From Candidatus Sericytochromatia bacterium (GTDB lineage: Bacteria > Cyanobacteriota > Cyanobacteriia > Cyanobacteriales > Coleofasciculaceae), in NCBI GenBank assembly GCA_036703885.1, contig DATNQT010000016.1, positions 1 through 39,307 of the forward strand: 39,307 nt of DNA. Reading direction: 5' to 3'. Positions 1 through 8,994 of the stretch are shown piece after piece; position 1 is the first letter of the stretch; each line of letters begins with the position of its first letter. A program made the position numbers and the translations under genes. Under the pieces are notes generated by a model. It was not told the origin of the DNA, made no database searches, and was given only the letters and a program-made list of their open reading frames with translations.

Positions 1-2
1 CC

Positions 3-677
3 CAATCTCCTCAAACTCCCATTAAACGAGTTATCTTCTGTGACTTCGACGGCACGATTACGGCAGAAGAAACCTTCGTAGGAATGTTGAAGGAATTTAC
101 ACCTGAGTTGTCCGCACAGCTAATGCCCCAAATGTATGCAAGGCATCTGACGCTACGGGAAGGAGTGCGGCGGTTATTAGAGTCAATTCCCTCAAGCCGT
201 TATCCAGCAATTCTCGAATACACCAAGACAAAGGCAATTCGTCCAGGATTAGTAGAATTACTGGATTTTCTCGATGCTAGGGGAGTTCCCTTGGTCGTTG
301 TTTCCGGAGGGTTGCGGGGTATGGTGGAAACAACGCTGAGTCAGGCGGGTACGGGGGAGAAGTCTTTAAAAGAGCGGGTGGCGGCAATTTACGCTATTGA
401 TATCGACCCAACAAGCGACTTTCTGCGAGTGCATTCTGAGTTTGAGGAAGGTACAGAAATGGTGTCGAAGGTGCAGGTGATGGCACAACACCCAGCCGAA
501 GAGCAGATTGCGATTGGGGATTCCGTGACAGACTTGAATATGGCACTGTATGCACCTGTGGTGTTTGCCCGCGATCGCCTCATTCATTATTTAGACGAAC
601 ACAATAAGTCCTACATCCCGTGGAATGACTTTTTTGATATACGCCAAGCCCTATCCCAACGTTGGCAAAATACTTAA
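3..677 (+). CDS. mtnX: MtnX-type HAD phosphatase (2-hydroxy-3-keto-5-methylthiopentenyl-1-phosphate phosphatase), 5' end at or beyond window edge
   Basis: The listed ORF is 84..677, but the frame is open back to nt 3. It reads ..KRVIFCDFDGTITAEETFVG, so HAD motif I (DxDGT) lies upstream of the listed Met. Later motifs are VVSGG, IGDSVTD and FARD. It is collinear with my recollection of B. subtilis MtnX and sits 114 nt upstream of mtnB. Confidence 0.7.
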   Translation, partial: QSPQTPIKRVIFCDFDGTITAEETFVGMLKEFTPELSAQLMPQMYARHLTLREGVRRLLESIPSSRYPAILEYTKTKAIRPGLVELLDFLDARGVPLVVVSGGLRGMVETTLSQAGTGEKSLKERVAAIYAIDIDPTSDFLRVHSEFEEGTEMVSKVQVMAQHPAEEQIAIGDSVTDLNMALYAPVVFARDRLIHYLDEHNKSYIPWNDFFDIRQALSQRWQNT

Positions 678-791
678 CTAGGGCTGGCAATTCATCTCAA
701 ACTCACGCACACGAACTTTTCACTCAATTTCTGTGAAGAGTGCGTAATCTGTTACGAATAAAACTCTGCCACCCAAATATTTGAGGTTAGA

Positions 792-1433
792 ATGAAAACC
801 GATCCAAGACCAACTTTAATTGCAGCGGCTGGTCACTTCTACCAGCTTGGCTGGATGGTAGGAACCGCTGGCAATTTATCCGCTCGGATGCCCGATCGCA
901 GCTTCTGGATTACAGCCAGTGGACGCAATAAAGGGCAACTGAGTATGGGCGATTTTATCCGCATGGCGCTGGATGGCACGGTGTTGGAGCAACCCTCACC
1001 TGACACCCGCCCTTCAGCGGAAACCAGTATTCATCAGGCAATCTACTCCCTGTTCCCGGATACCCAAGCCTGCTATCACGTTCACTCCATCGAGGCTAAT
1101 CTAGTTTCTCACTTTAGTGATGGGGATGTCCTACCTTTGCCCCCTTTGGAAATGCTCAAAGGGCTAGGAGTGTGGGAAGCCAACCCCAAAGTGGCAATGC
1201 CAATCTTTGCCAACCATCTAGAAGTGCCTCGAATTGCTAGTGATATATGCGATCGCTTTAAGGCAGATCCACCGGCGATCAGTGCTTTGCTTATCCGGAA
1301 CCACGGGGTTACAGTTTGGGCTTCTTCCCCAGAAGCAGCAAACAACTATTTAGAGGTAGCGGAATATCTCTTCCGATACATGGTGGCAGCCCGAAAGGTT
1401 GGGATTGAGGAGCCACCTGACAAAAAAACATAA
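792..1433 (+). CDS. mtnB: methylthioribulose-1-phosphate dehydratase (class II aldolase/adducin fold)
   Basis: Motifs GTAGNLSAR, ASGRNKG, the metal-binding CYHVHS and IRNHGVTVW. Same strand, directly after mtnX. Confidence 0.8.
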   Translation: MKTDPRPTLIAAAGHFYQLGWMVGTAGNLSARMPDRSFWITASGRNKGQLSMGDFIRMALDGTVLEQPSPDTRPSAETSIHQAIYSLFPDTQACYHVHSIEANLVSHFSDGDVLPLPPLEMLKGLGVWEANPKVAMPIFANHLEVPRIASDICDRFKADPPAISALLIRNHGVTVWASSPEAANNYLEVAEYLFRYMVAARKVGIEEPPDKKT

Positions 1434-1469
1434 AGCGTTTCGGTGAACCAAGAGGATGCAGAGGAATCA

Positions 1470-2873
1470 ATGAGAATACAAAACGATATGATCGCGGAGG
1501 CTTGGAAGGCACTTGAAGATTCAATTATTTACTACTCTGGACGCCCGGTTGGGACAGTAGCCGCTCGCGATCCGGATGTCGAAGCGCTCAATTACAACCA
1601 GTGCTTCGTCCGCGATTTTGTCTCGTCAGCGCTGATCTATCTGATGAGCGGCAAAACGGAAATGGTTCGCAATTTCCTTGTCGAGACATTAGCGCTCCAG
1701 AACGAGCCTAAGCAGATGGATTATTTTAATGCAGGTCAGGGTTTGATGCCAGCCAGTTTCAAGGTGGCAACGAGCTATGGCGAGCAGTATTTGACGGCTG
1801 ACTTTGGCGAACACGCGATCGCCAGAGTCACACCTGTTGATTCCAGTCTGTGGTGGCTGATTTTATTACGAGCTTATGTAAAGGCAACAGGAGATATTGA
1901 ACTTTCCCATCAACCCGAATTTCAACAGGGAATTATCCACATTCTCAAGCTTTGCTTGGCAGATCGATTTGATATGTTCCCAACCATGTTGGTTCCCGAT
2001 GGCGCGTTTATGATTGACCGTCGGATGGGAGTTTATGGGCATCCCTTAGAAATCCAAGCGTTATTTTATGCCGCCTTGAGGTCGGCACGGGAACTACTTG
2101 CCCCCAGCCGTCAAGGTGAAATATATACTTTGATTGTCAATCAGCGCTTGACTACTCTTAAATACCATATTCGGCAGTATTATTGGCTAGATCTTAAGCG
2201 TTTGAACGAAATCTATCGCTATCGGGGCGAAGAGTTTGGTGAATCAGCCATCAATAAGTTCAATATTTATCCAGATTCGATTCCCTACTGGTTAACAGAA
2301 TGGATGCCAGAAACCGGAGGTTATCTTGCAGGTAATCTTGGACCTGCACAGATGGATTTCCGTTTCTTTGCTCTCGGTAATTTGATGGCAATTATTTGTT
2401 CTCTTTCCAGCCCTCAAGAATCGCAAGGAATTATGGATCTCATCGAACACCGATGGGACGATTTAGTTGGAAATATGCCAATGAAAATCTGTTTTCCAGC
2501 TGTAGAAGGTTTGGAATGGAAGATTCTGACAGGTTGCGATCCCAAAAATGTACCTTGGTCGTATCACAATGGTGGTAATTGGCCAGTTTTACTGTGGTTA
2601 TTGGTAGCAGCTGCTCAGAAAACGGGGAGAGCAGAGATTGGGCGAAGAGCTATTGAACTGGCTGAAAAACGTTTAAGTGACGATCAATGGCCAGAATATT
2701 ATGATGGCAAGAATGGCAGACTGGTTGGAAAACAAGCCCGAAAATATCAAACCTGGACAATTGCAGGCTTCTTAGTAGCGAAAGAGCTGATGGTTAATCC
2801 TAATCATTTAAATTTGTTCAGTTTTGACGAAGACTTTGAATCCCTTGAATGGTCTTACCCTCAATTGACATAA
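1470..2873 (+). CDS. alkaline/neutral invertase (glycoside hydrolase family 100)
   Basis: Motifs [59 protein letters not shown] and SYHNGGNWP. The longest ORF starts at GTG 1443. I prefer ATG 1470, which has GAGGA a few nt upstream. Confidence 0.85.
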   Translation: MRIQNDMIAEAWKALEDSIIYYSGRPVGTVAARDPDVEALNYNQCFVRDFVSSALIYLMSGKTEMVRNFLVETLALQNEPKQMDYFNAGQGLMPASFKVATSYGEQYLTADFGEHAIARVTPVDSSLWWLILLRAYVKATGDIELSHQPEFQQGIIHILKLCLADRFDMFPTMLVPDGAFMIDRRMGVYGHPLEIQALFYAALRSARELLAPSRQGEIYTLIVNQRLTTLKYHIRQYYWLDLKRLNEIYRYRGEEFGESAINKFNIYPDSIPYWLTEWMPETGGYLAGNLGPAQMDFRFFALGNLMAIICSLSSPQESQGIMDLIEHRWDDLVGNMPMKICFPAVEGLEWKILTGCDPKNVPWSYHNGGNWPVLLWLLVAAAQKTGRAEIGRRAIELAEKRLSDDQWPEYYDGKNGRLVGKQARKYQTWTIAGFLVAKELMVNPNHLNLFSFDEDFESLEWSYPQLT

Positions 2874-2914
2874 CCCACATTTTTACTCTTTTAAGAGTCG
2901 CACTACTTGTGCAA

Positions 2915-2955
2915 GGGGAATTGGGAATCAGGAATCAGGAATCGGGAATGGGAAG
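2915..2955. repeat. heptamer tandem array (GGAATYR)n, STRR-like
   Basis: The sequence reads ggggaattgggaatcaggaatcaggaatcgggaatgggaag. A related copy in reverse orientation (attcccaattcccga) lies near 34818..34832. Confidence 0.8.
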
Positions 2956-3077
2956 ATTATTCTACTTGTTTAGTTCCCCTCAAAGGGAACTTCCGCTGTA
3001 ATCTTTGCGTCCTTCAACAAGGAAAGTTGCTAGCTGTTTCGTTCATAGTTCATTGCTCATTGCTATGAACCATAGAC

Positions 3078-3200
3078 CTTTTGCAAAAATATAAAGAACC
3101 CCTCCCCCATCCTCCCCTGATTCATGGGGAGGAAGCCGGATTATTCTTGCTTCTCCCTGATTCATGGGGGACTAAGGGGGTAATTTTTTGACTTTTGCAA
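3078..3200. mobile_element. candidate miniature palindromic element flanked by a 9-bp direct repeat
   Basis: CTTTTGCAA occurs at 3078..3086 and 3192..3200. The interior has two copies of the hairpin core CCCTGATTCATGGGG (3115..3129 and 3155..3169). C-run/G-run ends resemble the MITE at 22458..22621. Confidence 0.4.
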
Positions 3201-3269
3201 GAGGTTTCATGAACAAGAATGCCCGCATCTTTACATACTGATTCCTTTAATCGAGATTCAAATTTCCAA

Positions 3270-3830
3270 ATGTCTAACCATCGTCACTCAACAAAGTTGT
3301 TGTTTAGCCTACTGGTAACTTTCACGAGTATAAGTATGTGGAGTCAACTCTCTTCAAATTTAGCGGCTTCAGCCTTGAGTCAAACATCAGCCCCTCCAAC
3401 AAACCCAGCTAGAGTAACTCAAACCCAAGTCAAAATCTTTTTTCCAAAATCCAATCAGCAAGATTTCACCAAAGTTGAATCTGTTTTACGAACAACTTCA
3501 AGTACGAGTTTAGCCAGATTTGCTATAGAACAAGTGATTGCTGGCCCCACAACTCAAGAAAAAGCCAAAGGTTTGATGAGTCCGATTCGGCTAACAGGTA
3601 CTTCTAACTGTGGCAAGGATTTTACTATTTCCATTAACAAGGGAGTCGCCCGATTACAATTTTGCAAAACATTTATTTATGGAGGCGTTGGAGATGTGGC
3701 TCGTACAAAGAGTTCTATCAATGCCACATTGCTACAGTTTCCTACAATTAAGTCTGTAATTATCTTGGATAAAAACGGCAAGTGCTGGGGAGATGAAAGT
3801 GGTGAAAATAGGTGTCTGCGTACTCAATAG
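3270..3830 (+). CDS. secreted or anchored GerMN-domain protein
   Basis: GerMN-like pattern (VKIFFPK, LARFAIEQVIAGPTTQEKAKGL, GVARLQF, IKSVIILDKNG) after a hydrophobic N-terminus (KLLFSLLVTFTSISMW). The longest ORF starts at 3219. ATG 3270 places the hydrophobic segment at the N-terminus. Confidence 0.6.
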   Translation: MSNHRHSTKLLFSLLVTFTSISMWSQLSSNLAASALSQTSAPPTNPARVTQTQVKIFFPKSNQQDFTKVESVLRTTSSTSLARFAIEQVIAGPTTQEKAKGLMSPIRLTGTSNCGKDFTISINKGVARLQFCKTFIYGGVGDVARTKSSINATLLQFPTIKSVIILDKNGKCWGDESGENRCLRTQ

Positions 3831-3904
3831 ATATAGCTTGAGTGGCAGAATAATTGAAAGCCGAAATTAATCGCATCCCATAAGCAAAAGGCATTCAACC
3901 AGTC

Positions 3905-3935
3905 GTAGGGTGGTTACTTATTTCTACCACCCTGC
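3905..3935 (+). terminator. hairpin downstream of the GerMN gene (no U-tract)
   Basis: GTAGGGTGGT, an 11-nt loop, then ACCACCCTGC. This is a 10-bp stem with one G-T pair, 75 nt after the stop. Confidence 0.3.
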
Positions 3936-3976
3936 ACTAGAGTCCTGAGATAGACTCTGAATCGGAAAAAGCAGTG

Positions 3977-4023
3977 GTAATACATTATCTAAATTTGTAA
4001 TACACTTTCTTGTTAAGTAATAC
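3977..4023. promoter_or_regulatory. three GTAATAC boxes phased exactly 20 bp apart
   Basis: GTAATAC at 3977..3983, 3997..4003 and 4017..4023. They lie inside a roughly 560-bp AT-rich gap upstream of the PAS-GGDEF-EAL gene. Confidence 0.4.
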
Positions 4024-4395
4024 GGTTATTTTGTTGCCTATTGTGATTAAAAACACGTAAATAAATAAACAAAAATACTACTTAACAAAGATAGAAAAAC
4101 TTGTCTTTAGATAGACAGTTATGCCAAGGTATTAAATAGTAGTTTGGATAAGGTTCTGATATCAGTTCCTAAGAAAGTTAGGGTGTTTCTCTCCAAAATA
4201 GATAGATAAGTTGTGCCTGTTTTTACTACGCTTAGAAAAAATAAGTTATTTTAGCTAGACAAACAGTCAGATTTTTATACTATTTTAAAATATTGCTTTT
4301 GTTTGGGAACCAAGAGCCATAAACTCCAACTAATACCAAATCATCAGTATTGGTATTACTGGTTGTGGCAGCTGAAGAAAAATAAGGAGGCAGCC

Positions 4396-7300
4396 TTGCA
4401 AGTAGACAAATTTGGCTACCAAATAGAAACTGTGCGCGATCGCCTAGCGTTACTACACCAGAACTTAAACCGATTACCTGTACCCCAACAAAAGGTCTTA
4501 GAGGAAATCTGCGCGGCAATGCGCACTACCTGGGAAGAACTAAAAGTAACTTGGGAGGCGATGTGCCAGCTAAATAAACAAGAGCGATGCCACTGTTTGA
4601 CTGCCTGCTCGCCAGTTGGCATTGTCCTGACGGACGAGGAAGAACTCCGTCAAATGAGTACCGCTTTTGAAAATGCCGTAGAGGGAATCTCGCGACTGGA
4701 TACCCAAGGGCGCTATATTGCTGTCAACAAAGCCTACGCCAGTACCCTAGGGTATCAACCGGAAGAAATGATTGGTATGGCATGGCAACCAACCGTTCAT
4801 CCTGACGATCTGCAAAAACTGATGGACGGCTACCAAAAAATGCTCAAAGATGGCAAGGTGGAAGTGGAAGCTAGGGGTGTCCGCAAAAATGGCTCGATCT
4901 TTTACAAGCAAGTGGTGATGGTTGCTGCTTATGACTCGCAACAGCGGTTTCTCGGACATCACTGCTTTGCAAAAGACATCAGCGAGCGAAAACAGGCTCT
5001 TAATGCTCTAAAACAAGCCAAACAAGAACTGGAACTCCGAGTTGAGGAGCGCACCGTCCAATTAAAAAATGCCAACGAGCAATTACAGAAGGAAATTGCC
5101 GAACATAAGCGGACTGGGGAGGAACTAGAGGCATCGCTTTCTCTACTACGCAGCACCCTAGAAGCGAGTACCAATGGCATTATCGTCAGCCAAAACGCGA
5201 AACACATCGCCACTTTTAACCAAAAGTTTGTCGAGATGTGGGGCATCCCTGAATCCGCGATCGCCTTACGAGATCTAAACCTCGTGCTGCCATCTATCTT
5301 AAAACAGCTAAAAGACGCCGAAGCCTTTCTTTCCCAAACCCAGGACTTGTTCGCCCAACCGGAGGCAGAAGGCTATGGGGTTTTCGAGCTTAAAGATGGG
5401 AGAATCTTCGAGCGCTATTCGCTGCCGCAGCGAATGGGCGAAAATATTGTGGGCAGAGTCTGTAGTTTTCGAGATATTACCGAACGGCAACGCAAAGAAG
5501 CAGCACTACGGGAAAGTGAAGAGCAATATCGTCGGATTATCGAGACAACATCCGAAGGGGTTTGGATTGTTGATGCTGAAAATAAGACAGTTTTTGCCAA
5601 TAACAGAATGGCAGAAATGCTAGGTTACACCTTAGACGAAATGCTGGGTATGCCGCTGTTGGCATTTATTAATGAGGAATGGCAATCGTTGACTATTGCA
5701 GCACTCACTTATGCCCAGCGTCGCGTCCAAAGCAGTAAGGAATCGTTTGATTTTCAACTTCGCCGTAAGGATGGCTCCAATTTGTGGGCAATTGTCTCTG
5801 CCAATCCCATCTTTGATGCAGCAGGGCAGTATGCGGGGGCTTTGGGGATGTTTACCGACATCACTCGGCGCAAACAGGCAGAGGTTGAAATTCAGCAGAG
5901 TGAGCAAAAGTATAGAAATCTGTTCGACAATTCCTTGGTGGGGATGTTTCGCTCTTCAATAACCGATGGTACGGTTCTGGATGCGAATGCTGCCATACTC
6001 CGAATGTTCGGCTTCGATTCTTATGAGGGAATAAGAACGGTTAGTTTGTATATCAATCCAACAGATAGAGAGACTCTCAATCAGCTAGTACTGGAACAAG
6101 GGTTTGTCGAAAATTTTGAAACCCAAGTTAGACGAAAAGACGGTTCCGTATTTTGGGTTTCCTACTCCGCCAAGTTGTATGCCAAAGAAGACTACTTGGA
6201 AGGTGTCATGATCGACATTACAGAGCGCAAGCAGTCAGAGGAAGCCCTGAGAGCGAAGAAAGCGTTTCTCAAGGTGGTTTTAGGTAACATTCCTCAGTTT
6301 ATATTTTGGAAAGATAGAAATTCCGTCTATTTGGGCTGTAATCACAATTTTGCGATCGCGGCGGGTTTGAGTAGTCCAGAGGAGATTGTCGGCTTGACAG
6401 ATTATGACTTGCCTTGGAAGAAAGAGGAAGCCGACTTCTTCCGCGAGTGCGACGCCCGCATCATGGAAACCGATACCCCCGAATATCACATCATCGCACC
6501 CCAACTCCACGCAGATGGTAAACAAGCTTGGCTAGATACGATTAAAATCCCCCTTCACGATGCCCAAGGCAATGTTGTCGGCATTCTCGGTAGCTACGAA
6601 GATATTACCGAACGCCAGTTTGCACAGGAAAAAATCCGCTATCAAGCGTTGCACGACCTCCTGACTGGCTTACCCAACCGTACACTGTTTAACGAGGAGC
6701 TTTCGGTATCGCTGGCTAATGCCGCCAATAGTCAAAGCCTACTGGCTGTAATGTTCCTAGATTTAGACCGCTTCAAGACGATCAACGATACCTTAGGTCA
6801 TGCTATTGGCGATCGCTTGTTGCAAGGTGTGGCGGAACGATTGACAACCTGTTTGCACGATAGTGGCATTGTTGCTCGCTGGGGAGGTGATGAACTCACG
6901 GTACTACTACCTCAACTTAACTGTATAGAAGAGGCTGCCAAGGTTGCTCAACGGATTCTCGATACTATTAAGCAGCCGTTTAACCTGGAAGGACACCAAC
7001 TTCATATCAGCAGCAGCATTGGCATTGCCCTCTATCCTCAAAATGGTGAAGATGCCGAAACTTTGTTGAGAAACGCCGATGCTGCACTGTACCGAGTGAA
7101 GCAACAGGGGCGCAATAACTATCAGTTCTATACGGCGGCAATGAATTCTCAAGCGTCTGAATTATTAGTACTGGAAAATGAACTGCATCATGCCCTACAT
7201 CGTGGAGAATTCGTGGTTCACTATCAACCTCAGGTCAATACCACCACGGGAGAAATTACCGGGATGGAAGCCTTGGTGCGTTGGCAGCATCCTAAGTTTG

Positions 7301-7956
7301 GGCTAGTCACTCCGGCGAAATTTATTCCTCTGGCTGAGGAAACTGGATTAATCGTACCGATTGGCGAATGGGTACTAAAAACAGCTTGTGCCCAAAATAA
7401 AGCTTGGCAAGATGCTGGATTACCACCGCTACGGGTAGCAGTTAACCTTTCCGCCCGCCAGTTTCAACAACCATTTCTGCTAAACGTCGTCTCACAGACT
7501 TTACAACAGACAGGACTCGCTCCAAAATTTTTGGAGTTAGAAATCACAGAAACGATCGCGATGCAGGATGTGGATTTAACGAGAACAATCCTGACCAAGT
7601 TGTATCAAATGGGAATTAACCTGTCCATTGATGATTTTGGGACAGGATATTCTTCGTTGGGTTATCTTAAACAGTTTCCGCTGCACTCTCTAAAAATTGA
7701 CAAATCTTTTGTGCGCGATGTTGCCACCGATCCACAAAATGCGGGAATCATTAATGCGATTATGACGTTAGGAAGAGGATTCAATCTTAGGGTGATTGCT
7801 GAAGGGGTGGAAACCGAAGCTGAAAAGGATTGGTTGCGTAGCTTCCAGTGCGAAGAAATGCAAGGTTACTTGTCGAGTCCACCCTTACCCGCCCCAGAGG
7901 CTACCAAACTTCTCCAAAATCATACTATGAGTGGCAAGATTTCTTTAGCAGCGTAG
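4396..7956 (+). CDS. multi-PAS (about 5) GGDEF/EAL c-di-GMP signalling protein
   Basis: Repeated PAS/PAC units, each ending in D(I/F)T(E/R)RK. The GGDEF domain has [11 protein letters not shown] and WGGDEL. The EAL domain has [27 protein letters not shown] and QGY. The longest ORF starts at TTG 4303. TTG 4396 lies 5 nt after a strong AAGGAGG (4384..4390). Confidence 0.85.
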   Translation: MQVDKFGYQIETVRDRLALLHQNLNRLPVPQQKVLEEICAAMRTTWEELKVTWEAMCQLNKQERCHCLTACSPVGIVLTDEEELRQMSTAFENAVEGISRLDTQGRYIAVNKAYASTLGYQPEEMIGMAWQPTVHPDDLQKLMDGYQKMLKDGKVEVEARGVRKNGSIFYKQVVMVAAYDSQQRFLGHHCFAKDISERKQALNALKQAKQELELRVEERTVQLKNANEQLQKEIAEHKRTGEELEASLSLLRSTLEASTNGIIVSQNAKHIATFNQKFVEMWGIPESAIALRDLNLVLPSILKQLKDAEAFLSQTQDLFAQPEAEGYGVFELKDGRIFERYSLPQRMGENIVGRVCSFRDITERQRKEAALRESEEQYRRIIETTSEGVWIVDAENKTVFANNRMAEMLGYTLDEMLGMPLLAFINEEWQSLTIAALTYAQRRVQSSKESFDFQLRRKDGSNLWAIVSANPIFDAAGQYAGALGMFTDITRRKQAEVEIQQSEQKYRNLFDNSLVGMFRSSITDGTVLDANAAILRMFGFDSYEGIRTVSLYINPTDRETLNQLVLEQGFVENFETQVRRKDGSVFWVSYSAKLYAKEDYLEGVMIDITERKQSEEALRAKKAFLKVVLGNIPQFIFWKDRNSVYLGCNHNFAIAAGLSSPEEIVGLTDYDLPWKKEEADFFRECDARIMETDTPEYHIIAPQLHADGKQAWLDTIKIPLHDAQGNVVGILGSYEDITERQFAQEKIRYQALHDLLTGLPNRTLFNEELSVSLANAANSQSLLAVMFLDLDRFKTINDTLGHAIGDRLLQGVAERLTTCLHDSGIVARWGGDELTVLLPQLNCIEEAAKVAQRILDTIKQPFNLEGHQLHISSSIGIALYPQNGEDAETLLRNADAALYRVKQQGRNNYQFYTAAMNSQASELLVLENELHHALHRGEFVVHYQPQVNTTTGEITGMEALVRWQHPKFGLVTPAKFIPLAEETGLIVPIGEWVLKTACAQNKAWQDAGLPPLRVAVNLSARQFQQPFLLNVVSQTLQQTGLAPKFLELEITETIAMQDVDLTRTILTKLYQMGINLSIDDFGTGYSSLGYLKQFPLHSLKIDKSFVRDVATDPQNAGIINAIMTLGRGFNLRVIAEGVETEAEKDWLRSFQCEEMQGYLSSPPLPAPEATKLLQNHTMSGKISLAA

Positions 7957-7989
7957 TTGTTTTGAGAAGCAGTCTCAGAGGTAGCAAAC

Positions 7990-8271
7990 TTACCCAGCGT
8001 GTCGATTGGCAATGTTGATTTGGTTCTCAGCAGCCTTATCCTCACGAGCGATATCAAAATCCGGTTCTGGAGGCTGTTCCCTTTCTTCTTCATTTTCATG
8101 ATTAAAGTCGTCCAGGGTTGTTGAGTCGGAAGCGTGTCTGAGCATCTCTGGGTTGGAGCTTTCCGGCTGCGGACTACTACCCGTTTTTGACTCGGCATCA
8201 CGTTTGAGCATCTCTGGATCGGAGCTTTCGCCTACTGCTAAATTAATTAGCCTATCTTCTTCAGGATTCAT
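7990..8271 (-). CDS. small acidic hypothetical protein with an internal 22-residue duplication
   Basis: ATG-initiated 93-aa ORF, convergent with the GGDEF/EAL gene. The DNA carries a roughly 28-nt direct repeat starting at 8140 and 8206 (66 nt = 22 codons apart), giving ESSDPEML / ESSNPEML. No homology recognised. Confidence 0.35.
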   Translation of the reverse strand: MNPEEDRLINLAVGESSDPEMLKRDAESKTGSSPQPESSNPEMLRHASDSTTLDDFNHENEEEREQPPEPDFDIAREDKAAENQINIANRHAG

Positions 8272-8480
8272 TTTTTGTTAAACTCACTTAGCTTACATAC
8301 CTGTATAGGCTATGATTTGGCTTGCATCCTTTTCCTCTAGCAACTGATATACACCTTGAGAAGGATAGTTGCAATCATCCATAATTAGAGACACAGTGAC
8401 AGGTTGTAACACAAAAAACACAACACGGAGAATTGCTTCTATAATCACAATTCCCCGTGTCAGGCGTTAAATTTGTTGGT

Positions 8481-8951
8481 ATGAGTGAGAAAAGTGAAAG
8501 TTACAAAATTGTTAGTGATAACCGACAAGCCCGTTTCCGCTACGAGATTTTAGAGACTTATGAAGCAGGGATTGAGTTAAAGGGAACCGAGGTTAAGTCT
8601 ATTCGCGAGGGTAAGGCAAATTTGCGTGATGGCTATGCCCTAATTCGTAATGGCGAAGCTTGGCTGCTAAACGTGCATATTTCCCCCTACGAACGCAGCA
8701 GTGACTATTTCAATCATGACCCCCGCCGCACGCGCCGACTCCTGCTGCACAAGAAGGAAATCCGCAAGCTCATCGGTAAGGTAGAACAGGAGGGTTTGAC
8801 TCTTGTGCCTTTGAAGATGTACCTCAAGGGGGGCTTGGTTAAGATTACTATTGCTCTAGGTAAAGGCAAAAAGCTCTATGACAAGCGCGAAACCCTCAAA
8901 GAACGTCAGGATAAGCGAGAAATAGCACGGGCAACGAAGCGTTATGATTAG
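8481..8951 (+). CDS. smpB: SsrA-binding protein SmpB
   Basis: Motifs NRQARFRYEILETYEAGIELKGTEVKS, HISPYE, HDPRRTRRLLLHKKEI and KGKKLYDKRE. The longest ORF starts at GTG 8457. ATG 8481 gives the usual N-terminus. Confidence 0.9.
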   Translation: MSEKSESYKIVSDNRQARFRYEILETYEAGIELKGTEVKSIREGKANLRDGYALIRNGEAWLLNVHISPYERSSDYFNHDPRRTRRLLLHKKEIRKLIGKVEQEGLTLVPLKMYLKGGLVKITIALGKGKKLYDKRETLKERQDKREIARATKRYD

Positions 8952-8994
8952 TCGTTGCTCATTAGCTTGCGGACTAAGGACGTAATGTTAGGAC

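Noticed and set aside
4303-4395. TTG-initiated 31-codon extension of the PAS-GGDEF-EAL ORF
   Set aside because: The region is an AT-rich continuation of the intergenic sequence with an odd W/Y-rich peptide. A much better ribosome-binding site precedes TTG 4396. The 4303 start cannot be excluded.
7920-8201. Alternative 93-aa ORF overlapping the acidic ORF and the 3' end of the GGDEF/EAL gene
   Set aside because: Its basic, Arg/Lys/Ser-rich composition is typical of an out-of-frame shadow, and it overlaps the convergent gene by 37 nt. I kept the 7990..8271 frame, at low confidence.
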